Below, piece after piece: positions 1 to 8,598 of a DNA stretch of 64,000 nt. The stretch's first letter is position 1; each line of letters begins with the position of its first letter. Position numbers and translations under genes: made by a program. The stretch lies in assembly GCA_000004985.1 (NCBI GenBank), contig GG738853.1. The stretch is one strand, 5' to 3'. Under the pieces are notes generated by a model. That model had not been told where the DNA came from. It did no database searches and worked only from the letters and a program-made list of their open reading frames with translations. Origin of the DNA: Naegleria gruberi (Eukaryota).

Positions 1-1991
1 ATAATGAACCTAATAGTTTAGATGCTCATTATTTGAATTTGATTTCGAGTGCTATTCAGAAAGAAGTTAGTGCTCTGGAAAGACCATTAATTTTCAATCA
101 TGTGGTTACTGAACCATTTTGGAGATTATTGGAAAGTTCAATTATTTATTCACCAGATAATTGCCAAAATTCAACAGTGAATGATAATTTGGCATTATCC
201 ACGAGTCCTAACTGTCCTACTTCACCTGGTACTCTCATGATGAAGATTTATTCGAGTTCTACAACTAGTAATTATGCCAATAATTCATCACTGGTTCACA
301 TTGCTGCCAAACATAATCGAGTTGAGATTTTGGAATGGTTAAAATCATGTTGTTGTGATCAGGAGTGCAATATTGAGAATGATTCACATTCTACAATGTG
401 TATTTCCAGACAAATCACATTGTGGAATTTGAAAGATTACAATGGGTCAACTCCACTTTTTTGTGCATGTCAAGGTTGTCCAACTTCAACAGCCAATGAA
501 GCTGGTGTTTTCCTAATGAGCCAAATGCAAACACTCGATCCACTCTCCAAGTACATTCACCAAACTGACAATTATGGAAACTCTCCACTCTCCCTCTGCA
601 TGAGAAAGAGAGATTGGAAAATGTGTGACTTGCTCATTCTCTTTGGAGCCAGTATCGATGGAAACACTGGTGCATTTGGAGAGAGTTTACTCCACACTTC
701 AATGAGAGATTTGGACATGTTGAGAGTTGAATTCATTGCCAAGAGAGCTCCAAAGGCCCTCCTGAAAAAGAATCAAAAAGAAGAGAATGCTCTCTTTTCA
801 TTGGTGAAAGATTTCAGATGTAATGTGAATGCAGGAAGATCATTCATATTGGGAAGTAGTGATTTCTCAACCATGTCAACGAATATAGCACAAACAAATT
901 GTACGAGTCCAGAGAGTCCCTCCCCAACTTCACCTTACAGTGAAACTAAATCAGCATTGAGAAGTGCTGTGAATAGAGCTTTCCCTAAGGAACAGAGAAT
1001 TAATTTTATTCGAATGATTCTTGAGAGTGGATCGTCAGTATTTGGTAGGGAAGTCTTTGAAAAGGCATTGAGCTTGAAGAATCAACATGGACGAAACTTT
1101 TTATTAGAATCAGTGGCTTGTGGCGACCATATTGCCACAAAAGAAATTGTAAATAGTCTTTCAATACTTTCACTAGTAGCAGAGGAATGCTGTAGTGATC
1201 CTAGAAAACTAATGGAATCAATAGTTTTCACAAATGATAGAAATTCAAAGAATATTCTTCATCTTTCGATTGAATTCGCCACGAAACGAATGAATCAACA
1301 TAATAGAGAGGATTACCAAACGTGGTTGGATAGTTTCTACTTTCTCCTGTCATGGTTAGATGAGAATCTTGCATATGGTGCCTTATTTAATAGAGAATGC
1401 ACTGGATTATTAAGTGGAAAGGATTCGAATGGTTTATTTCCACACCAATATCTTGAAAAGGAAGTTTCAAATAATCAGAGTGATATTAGATGGAAGAATG
1501 TTTTGGAAATTATGAAATCTTATGAATCCAAGTGGACTTTCAATTCGAAAGGTGCCCTTCCATCAAATGGACTTTCGAATAACTCAAAGAGAGGTTCAAC
1601 AAGTAAGAAACAATCAATTTTCTCATTTCTTACTTCTCATCAACCCTCTGAAGAAATCATGACACCAAAGAAGATTAGGCAACTTTCCAGAAAATCAGGA
1701 AACTTCACACCAAAGAAACTTGTCACTTCTGAAGCCTTTTCGAAAGATTCGGCTTTGTTATCCGAATCTAAGGATAAGTTGGCAGCGCCACTGAAACCAC
1801 ATAAGGAAAGTTTCCTTACTGATCACTCTACTTTATATTCGAATAGTTCACAAAGTATAGTTTCGACTGTTAGCAATTTGAGCAGTCATTCGAATGCAAC
1901 AAATTATTCTGAGCCTTCAAATAGAACTCAGAAACTCTTTTCTGGAATTATGAAAAAGTTAACAGGAAAGAATAAATCCTATCTCTATTAG
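1..1991 (+). CDS. ankyrin-repeat protein with S/N-rich C-terminal tail; 5' end truncated by window edge
   Basis: 652-aa ORF. Ankyrin-like repeats are visible in translation (SLVHIAAKHNRVEILEWL, GSTPLFCACQGC, GNSPLSLCMRKRDWKMCDLLILFGASIDG). The track start at 33 is a TTG, and the frame stays open back to nt 3, so the true start lies upstream of the window. Confidence 0.55.
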   Translation, partial: NEPNSLDAHYLNLISSAIQKEVSALERPLIFNHVVTEPFWRLLESSIIYSPDNCQNSTVNDNLALSTSPNCPTSPGTLMMKIYSSSTTSNYANNSSLVHIAAKHNRVEILEWLKSCCCDQECNIENDSHSTMCISRQITLWNLKDYNGSTPLFCACQGCPTSTANEAGVFLMSQMQTLDPLSKYIHQTDNYGNSPLSLCMRKRDWKMCDLLILFGASIDGNTGAFGESLLHTSMRDLDMLRVEFIAKRAPKALLKKNQKEENALFSLVKDFRCNVNAGRSFILGSSDFSTMSTNIAQTNCTSPESPSPTSPYSETKSALRSAVNRAFPKEQRINFIRMILESGSSVFGREVFEKALSLKNQHGRNFLLESVACGDHIATKEIVNSLSILSLVAEECCSDPRKLMESIVFTNDRNSKNILHLSIEFATKRMNQHNREDYQTWLDSFYFLLSWLDENLAYGALFNRECTGLLSGKDSNGLFPHQYLEKEVSNNQSDIRWKNVLEIMKSYESKWTFNSKGALPSNGLSNNSKRGSTSKKQSIFSFLTSHQPSEEIMTPKKIRQLSRKSGNFTPKKLVTSEAFSKDSALLSESKDKLAAPLKPHKESFLTDHSTLYSNSSQSIVSTVSNLSSHSNATNYSEPSNRTQKLFSGIMKKLTGKNKSYLY

Positions 1992-2175
1992 AAAGTTTAA
2001 ATTTTATCTTGCAATAGAGTTTCGAATAAATTTATTAGAATAGTTTAATAATTTACAATGAACTGTGAAAATAACGAGAGATATTTATGGAAATAATTGA
2101 CCAATCATAAATGTACAAGGCTTGTTTCGTCATTTTCATCACCTGTCCTTTAGAATAACAAGTTTCAAATAAAAA

Positions 2176-2763
2176 ATGGCTCAATCTCTACTTTCGAATG
2201 GTATCTTGCTTGGTTTCGTATTGAACACCATTCTTCTTTCTATTAGAATGTTTATTTGTTCAATATTAGCTGCTATCTTTCGAGTCCGAGAGAAGAATCA
2301 TAAAACATTATCCGAAAGTGGACGAAACATAACACTGCTCGATTCAGAGCAAAGAGCTCAAGCTAGACTTTCGTCCTCTCCTTCCATGTCATCTCTAGAT
2401 GATGTTTCCAACAACAGACCAACACCATCCTCATCATCAATTCCTAAATTAGAAGATTTACTTTCGTATAGAACTGAACAAGTTTTACGAAACGATTTGG
2501 AAAACATTTGTCCTTTCTTTCTAGTAAACGTAGCTTTCGTCATTATCTGCCAACAATTAGAACAACCAATTTGGCATTCAATTATTGCAAATTCACTCAT
2601 GGGATTATTTACAACATCGAGAATTATTTATTTATTTGCCTATTTGAGGAATTTATTAATTTTGAGGAATGTGAGTTGGTTATTGGGATTTGTATTGACT
2701 ATTTCATTGGCTGGTTATTCAATTTTTTGCATTATCTTTTTGGAAGATAATTTCCAAAATTAG
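2176..2763 (+). CDS. MAPEG-family protein (microsomal glutathione S-transferase 1-like)
   Basis: 195 aa with a real ATG. RNDLENICPFFLVNVAFVI...SRIIYLFAYLRN matches the MGST1 core (VERVRRAHLNDLENIIPFL...ARIYHTIAYL). Four predicted helices; a Ser-rich insertion sits between helix 1 and the conserved RxxxNDLEN loop. Confidence 0.6.
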   Translation: MAQSLLSNGILLGFVLNTILLSIRMFICSILAAIFRVREKNHKTLSESGRNITLLDSEQRAQARLSSSPSMSSLDDVSNNRPTPSSSSIPKLEDLLSYRTEQVLRNDLENICPFFLVNVAFVIICQQLEQPIWHSIIANSLMGLFTTSRIIYLFAYLRNLLILRNVSWLLGFVLTISLAGYSIFCIIFLEDNFQN

Positions 2764-2793
2764 TAATTTTTATAAATATTAAATTTGTAATTC

Positions 2794-3390
2794 TTAATAT
2801 TTAATAATATAATTAAGAACCAATGATGGTTGCATATTTTCATGAGCTGAATTTCCACCAACTTCATTGGTTGTGAAATTGTGAGTATGATTGGCTCCTG
2901 TAAAATTATCGTCATCCTTATGAGTAGCTGGACCTCCACACCATCCTGGAGTATGGAAAACATCAGAAATTGGTCCAGATTGATGAACTATAATGTAAGG
3001 TTGTTTGTTGGCTTTTCCAGTGGTTCCTGAGTGTGAATGACTTGGTAGTTCACTAATTTGCAATTGGTGAGATTCTTCTCCAACTTTTTGAGCTAGAGTT
3101 CTATTGGAAAGTCCAGCTCCGTGACCAATTCCAACAACTGCTCTTCCCCTGAGGTCGGGAACATTGAATGAGTGAGGTCCTCCTGTACTTCCATATGCAT
3201 TTCCAATAGTTTGAAACAATCGAATATAATCTGGATGACTATTCGGATAGGTGGCTCCATCACACAATAACCAACCTGCTGGTATAGTTGTTCCAGCAAA
3301 TGCATTCACAATACCAACAGGAATTATAATTTGAGATTCTAAACGTGCAATTCTTTGTAATAAATCATTCAAGTTTAGTTCGTTTGTCAA
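2794..3390 (-). CDS. phage tail-collar (Collar/MdpB-like) domain protein; N-terminus and start codon unresolved
   Basis: 198-aa ORF with collar-domain hallmarks: N-terminal coiled coil (LNDLLQRIARLESQI), VNAFAGTTIPAGWLLCDGA...FNVPDLRGR, ANHTHN, and C-terminal NMQPSLVLNYIIKY. The first codon is TTG. There is no in-frame ATG before residue ~185, and a TAA sits immediately upstream in frame. Confidence 0.5.
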   Translation of the reverse strand: MTNELNLNDLLQRIARLESQIIIPVGIVNAFAGTTIPAGWLLCDGATYPNSHPDYIRLFQTIGNAYGSTGGPHSFNVPDLRGRAVVGIGHGAGLSNRTLAQKVGEESHQLQISELPSHSHSGTTGKANKQPYIIVHQSGPISDVFHTPGWCGGPATHKDDDNFTGANHTHNFTTNEVGGNSAHENMQPSLVLNYIIKY

Positions 3391-4169
3391 ATCAAATTAC
3401 CAACACAACGAGCTTTTAATTGTTGCTCGAATATCACATCACTTTTTGAAATCACGATCAGAACGAAAAAGGACTTGGAGGAACAACAAAGGATTAGAAA
3501 TGGGAACGTTGTAATTAAATTGTTACTAGAATTCTCTCAGAAGAAAGTTGATTAGAAGTAAAAGTTCCTTTCAGAGCTACAAGAAAATTACCAATCAAGC
3601 TGATATTCAATATTTATAATGACTCACCAGTCAATTGAAAAGCAAATCCAAGCTCCATTTCTTGCTGTAAATTCTCTTCTTGGTTTCTTCATGGTATTAA
3701 TTAACCGTAGAAGAATTGCCAATTTGAGCTATTGTACAAGATGTGAGTGTTAACAACTTGGTAGCTTTTCAACATTGCACAACAAATTTTTGTACGGTGC
3801 GAATCGAATAGATGGATAATTAAATAGTACCTCAAAGTTTTTGTGAATTATATAATTCTAGCAAAGCACGACTAGATTGGAACTTTGAAAGTGATTTCAT
3901 GTCAATGGTCTCTTCCCATAAAATACAACTAACAATCTAATTGGGTGAAAAATTGGTTGACTTTGTAATCTGCAAACTTTGAAGAACTTTATTTTCAATT
4001 TTGATTGGCTAGTTCCTTTGTAAAACATGAATGAACACTCAATCTCAAAATAAGCTTCCACTTTTTATTCGAAATAGTGATGTTTATGGTAATTTCACAC
4101 TAATCTCACTAATGGCCTTTTAAGCGCGCCATTCACACACTTTCGTCCAGAATATTCGAAACAAAAAAA

Positions 4170-7094
4170 ATGTTGAACAAGCTATCTATTTTTCAATATT
4201 TACTATTGTCAATTGTGTTTTTCACAACTAGTTACATGTGTCTTTCAACACATGCCAGTTCAGTTGCACCTTTCGTTGGTGTTTCCTCATTTGCTGGCAG
4301 TTTCTCTATTGGTGATGGTTTACCAGCTGCTGAAACTAAAGTTGAAAATGTTTATGCCTTGACAATCAATTCCAAAACTGGTGATCTTTACTTGACTGAT
4401 AACAATAGAGTTCGTAAAGTTTCGTCCACTAACAATATCATGTCCACATTCGCTGGAACAAACAACCAAGTTAATCCTGAAGATGGTCAACCAGCTGTTA
4501 ATACACCACTTGCAGAACCAAGAGGATTAGAAATTAGCTCAAATGGTGAGGTTTACATTGCAGATTATTCCACATGCAAGATTAAAAAAGTTTCCTCTCA
4601 AGGAATTATGACAACCATTGCAGGAACAGGTCCAGGACAAAACAATGATAGAAGATTAGTTTCAGTTTATACTGGAGATGGAGCTTTTGCTAATGAAACT
4701 CAATTGTCATTCCCTCAAGCAATTGCTTTCCATCCAATTACTGGTGAATTACACATAGCCGAAACTCAAAGTTACAAAATTAGAAAGATTACTTTAGAGG
4801 GTAGAATTGCAACAGTTGTTGGAAGTGGACAAAAAGGTCAAGAATCACCAGATGGTGTTTTGGCTGTCAATGCAATTATTGGAGCTCCAGGAAATATCAT
4901 CTTTGATTCGATTGGAAATATGTATCTATCCGATAGATCATTTCACAAAGTTAGAAAGGTCCTTACCAATGGTACCATTGTTACAATTGCTGGAAATGGT
5001 ATGAGTGCCTATAATGGTGATGGTATCTTGGCTGTTTCTGCTTCACTTTTCAGACCAAGTGGATTGGCCCTTAGCTCCACAGGTGAGCTCTATATTGCCG
5101 AAAGTTATGGTCATAGAATTCGTAAAGTCTTGACAAATGGTACAATTATTACTATTGCTGGAACTGGAGTTGCTGGTTATGAAGGAGATGGAGGTTTAGC
5201 TGTAAATGCTCTCTTGGATGCACCAGAATCAATCTTTTTGAGTTCTGATAATTATCTCTTGATTTCTGATTTTGGAAATAAGAGAATTCGTAAAATTTCT
5301 CTATTGGATGGAACTATTTCAACTATTGCAGGAGATGGTTTGGGAGATGGAAAAGCTGCCTCAGTTTATGGTATTTTGAGATATCCAATTGATGTTAAAA
5401 AGGGACCAAATGGAATTCTGATTGCAGATTCTGGTAATGCGAGAGTGAGAAGTGTTTCTAATGGTGGAATTATTTCAACCATTGCAGGTTCAGGTACAAA
5501 TGGTAACCCACAACTTAGAGCCCTCAGAGAGCTTGCTACAAAGGCAAAGTTCGGTACTACTTATGCAATTACAACAAGATCAGATAATGGTGATGTCTAT
5601 GTGATAGATGATACCAATAACAAAATTTTCAAAATTTCTAACCAAGATGGTTCAATTACAGCAATTATTGGTGATGGCAATTATGGATTTACAGAGGATG
5701 GAAGTATTGCAGAGGGTTCATCAGTTGGAGGTTTAAGTGGTGTTGCACTCAATTCATTGGGTGAGGTCATCTTTACAGAGTCCAATAGAATTCGTAAAAT
5801 TTTGACAAATGGTACACTTGTTACCATTTCAGGATATGGAAATCTTCAAGATTCAGGTCAAGGATTTAGTGGAGATGGAGATTTGGCTCAATATGCTTCC
5901 CTTTCTTCTCCAGGTCGTTTATTCATCCACTCAGATGACATTTACTTTGCCGATCAAGACAATTACAGATTCCGTAAGATCTTTGCTAATGGTACAATCA
6001 CAACTATTGCAGGAACAGGATATGGAGATTATGGAGCTGATGATATTTTGGCCACAGAAACATATCTTGCAAGACCAACAGATATTGCCATGAATTCGAA
6101 AGGAGAATTAATCATTTCTGACGCTAAAAGAATTAGAAAAATTGACTTGAATGGAATAATTGTTACTCTGGCTGGAAGTAACGTTGCTGGTTTTTCAGGA
6201 GATGGTGGTCCAGCTGCTGATGCAACCTTTGGAACTTTGGGAGGAATCTATCTTGATTCGAATGATGATATTTATGTTAGTGATCCTGATAATCATAGAA
6301 TTAGAAAGATTTCCCTCATGTGCCCAACCGATTATGCATTGAATGGTAGTGAGTGTATTCCAGTATGTTTTGGAGTTGTTAGCAATGATCCATCAGTTTG
6401 TTCTGGTAAGGGTTCATGTACTCAAAACAATACTTGTCAATGCTCACCTTCCTATTATGGAGCCAATTGTGATTCCTTCAATTGTTCTGGAATTTCCTCC
6501 AATTCAACACTTGTTTGTTCTTCCCATGGTGTTTGCTCTTCTCCAGATACTTGCAATTGTGAAAATGGATATTATGGAAAGAATTGTGAATCATTTAATT
6601 GTTTTGGTGTCAATTCTCAAAATTCCACTAACGTTTGCTCAGCACAAGGAAATTGCACATCTCCAGATAAGTGTAATTGTAAGACTGGATATTTGGGAAG
6701 TAATTGTGAAATGTTCAATTGTTTTGGTGTCAATTCTCAAAATTCCTCCAATGTTTGTTCATCACAAGGAAATTGCACATCTCCAGATAAGTGTAATTGT
6801 AAGACTGGATATTTTGGAAGTAATTGCGAATCATTTAATTGTAAGGGTATTAAGAATAGTGATTCGAGTGTTTGTTCATCTAGAGGTCAATGTATTTCAC
6901 CAGATAATTGTAAATGTACTACAGTTAATAGTTATGGAGTGAATTGTGAATTCATTGTCGAAGGAAAGATTTCAAATATCACAGCTACAAAATCCAATGC
7001 TAGATTGAATGATGGTTCTTCAATTAAGACTCCTTATATGTTGTTGGTTACAACTTTGTCAATTATCATCATGTCAATTTTCTTGATTCTTTAA
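4170..7094 (+). CDS. secreted NHL-repeat (beta-propeller) protein with C-terminal EGF/tenascin-type Cys repeats and a hydrophobic C-terminus (GPI anchor or TM)
   Basis: 974 aa with a real ATG after an A-run. The N-terminus is a signal peptide (MLNKLSIFQYLLLSIVFFTTSYMC). NHL-type repeats recur (YIAD/YLSD...RIRKI). There are six CxxxGxCxxxxxCxCxxxYxGxxCExFxC units, and the ORF ends with a hydrophobic tail (LLVTTLSIIIMSIFLIL). Confidence 0.7.
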   Translation: MLNKLSIFQYLLLSIVFFTTSYMCLSTHASSVAPFVGVSSFAGSFSIGDGLPAAETKVENVYALTINSKTGDLYLTDNNRVRKVSSTNNIMSTFAGTNNQVNPEDGQPAVNTPLAEPRGLEISSNGEVYIADYSTCKIKKVSSQGIMTTIAGTGPGQNNDRRLVSVYTGDGAFANETQLSFPQAIAFHPITGELHIAETQSYKIRKITLEGRIATVVGSGQKGQESPDGVLAVNAIIGAPGNIIFDSIGNMYLSDRSFHKVRKVLTNGTIVTIAGNGMSAYNGDGILAVSASLFRPSGLALSSTGELYIAESYGHRIRKVLTNGTIITIAGTGVAGYEGDGGLAVNALLDAPESIFLSSDNYLLISDFGNKRIRKISLLDGTISTIAGDGLGDGKAASVYGILRYPIDVKKGPNGILIADSGNARVRSVSNGGIISTIAGSGTNGNPQLRALRELATKAKFGTTYAITTRSDNGDVYVIDDTNNKIFKISNQDGSITAIIGDGNYGFTEDGSIAEGSSVGGLSGVALNSLGEVIFTESNRIRKILTNGTLVTISGYGNLQDSGQGFSGDGDLAQYASLSSPGRLFIHSDDIYFADQDNYRFRKIFANGTITTIAGTGYGDYGADDILATETYLARPTDIAMNSKGELIISDAKRIRKIDLNGIIVTLAGSNVAGFSGDGGPAADATFGTLGGIYLDSNDDIYVSDPDNHRIRKISLMCPTDYALNGSECIPVCFGVVSNDPSVCSGKGSCTQNNTCQCSPSYYGANCDSFNCSGISSNSTLVCSSHGVCSSPDTCNCENGYYGKNCESFNCFGVNSQNSTNVCSAQGNCTSPDKCNCKTGYLGSNCEMFNCFGVNSQNSSNVCSSQGNCTSPDKCNCKTGYFGSNCESFNCKGIKNSDSSVCSSRGQCISPDNCKCTTVNSYGVNCEFIVEGKISNITATKSNARLNDGSSIKTPYMLLVTTLSIIIMSIFLIL
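6587..6840 (+). repeat. 120-bp tandem duplication (about 2.1 copies, roughly 93% identical) encoding two adjacent EGF-like units
   Basis: Lines at 6601 and 6721 are identical for long stretches (gttttggtgtcaattctcaaaattcc...ggaaattgcacatctccagataagtgtaattgtaagactggatat). The period is exactly 120 nt, i.e. 40 codons. Confidence 0.7.
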
Positions 7095-7211
7095 TTCATA
7101 TTCTAAACAAGATTGTAATAAACTTGAAATTAGTAAAATACTTGCAAGTCTCAACTTGGCAACAAATTAGTTAATCCAAAACCCTTTAGAGAAATATAAA
7201 TGATTGTTTAT

Positions 7212-7446
7212 TTACATTGAAATATCTCTAGTCTTATCTTCATCCTTGGTTCCACTTTGATCCTTAACTGGAATTCCTAAAAATCTTCTCACTCCAGGCA
7301 ATCTCAATGTATAAATTTGAAGCATTGAGAAAATATTCGAAGTGATCCAATAAACAAACACTCCACTTGGTAAGGCACCAGTAATTGGCACCATGACAGC
7401 TGCAACAAATCTCATAACACTTCTTACTTGTCTCATTGTCTCAGTT
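7212..7446 (-). CDS. OXA1: Oxa1/YidC insertase, exon 3 (C-terminal)
   Basis: 90-nt intron at 7447..7536 (gtgagt...aataatgcag). The junction is in frame and gives ...AAEPRTETMRQVRSVMRFVAAVMVPITGALPSGVFVYWITSNIFSMLQ, the conserved C-terminal helix of the YidC/Oxa1 family. Confidence 0.7.
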
Positions 7447-7536
7447 CTGCATTATTTCACATGAACATTTCACAATATTCCAATTATTTCAAATATAGAA
7501 TACATTAGCTTCCATATTGTAATGATAAAAACTCAC

Positions 7537-7975
7537 CTTGGCTCAGCAGCTCCCATTTCCACACTAATCAACCAAGTGACTGCACTAATCACTGGCAAGG
7601 TAGCTGTAGGATCAACACTCGACAAGTCATCAAACCACCACAAACCACCTGTTCCTCTACATTCTGGATCGTGAAGGCAAATTCTTTCAACACTGACGAA
7701 AACTGATAAAAACATTGGAGCCATGATGAGTGGTGAGATAATGTTGAGGAGAGGATGGCATTTGTTTTCTTTCATGGTTTCTTGGAATTCAACAGCAGCT
7801 TGTACCTTTTCTTCTTCAGATGCAGTTTTACTTGCCATAATTTCTGACTTTTCGAATAGAATTGGACGAACTTGATCAAGACGAGCACTATTTCTCGTAA
7901 GACCAATGTTAAGAGGAAGAACCAGACAACGGAATAGAATGGTTGTTGCCATAATAGCTCCATACCATGGTAATC
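7537..7975 (-). CDS. OXA1: Oxa1/YidC insertase, exon 2
   Basis: 49-nt intron at 7976..8024 (gtaagc...ttttattgcag). The exon carries the conserved LxxxQxxSxxKMxxxQPE-type region (LTRNSARLDQVRPILFEKSEIMASK) and TM segments. It ends with a GTGAGT donor at 7536. Confidence 0.7.
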
Positions 7976-8024
7976 CTGCAATAAAAGTTCAATATTTTTG
8001 TAAACTATTAAATGAATTGCTTAC

Positions 8025-8598
8025 CGATCATATCATGCAAATATTGAAGCAAATCCTGAATAGCATTAATATGAGGCATAGTATGTGGCAAATGTCCTCC
8101 CACAAATAATTCATGTTCCTCACCAAAAGTCAATGGTGGATGATATTCATGTTGAGGAGTTTCATGAATTAATTGTAATCCTCTAAACAGATCGTCATCA
8201 GTTTCCATAACAGGAGCTCCTGTATTATTATCTATTGCAGTAGAACCAGTAGGTGGTGTTGTTAAAGATGGATCAACAACCATGGATGGTAGGATGTTTG
8301 TAGAATTGGTTGTGGTAGACTCGACGGATGAGGTGGATCCACCTTTCAATCCCTTGAACCAATTCAACAAGGTTGAATAATTTCTGTGCTGAGTTGCATT
8401 CATTCCTCCCCCAGAGAAACCATTCTTCATCATCATGCTACTACTCATCAAATGATTATTACCATTCTTGGAAAATTGCATTGCCAATGATGATGATGAA
8501 ACAGTAGCCTTGCATTGAACATTTCGCATCAATCCACCCTCTCTACCAATACCCCCATTCAAATGACTCATACACTTCTTGATAACACGTCTCGACAT
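8025..8598 (-). CDS. OXA1: Oxa1/YidC mitochondrial inner-membrane insertase, exon 1 (long N/S-rich presequence)
   Basis: ATG at 8598. The exon ends at ...DMIG with a GTAAGC donor at 8024. Splicing to exon 2 reconstructs the family motif LPWYGAIMATTILFRCLVLPL. Confidence 0.65.

Noticed and set aside
2358-2750. 80-aa ORFs overlapping the MAPEG gene on both strands
   Set aside because: Overlap shadows of the MAPEG CDS.
2794-3390. Possibility that the tail-collar gene is bacterial or phage contamination
   Set aside because: It is physically contiguous with eukaryotic genes on both sides (MAPEG 30 bp away, NHL/EGF gene 780 bp away) without gaps. Its AT content and codon usage match the flanks, and the same MAPEG-collar junction is present on the second island.
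6343-6942. 199-aa plus-strand ORF, and other 60-100-aa ORFs inside 4170..7094, 10514..15844 and 19921..33659
   Set aside because: Out-of-frame or antisense overlaps of long, well-supported CDSs. They have hydrophobic/Leu-rich shadow composition and no independent start context.
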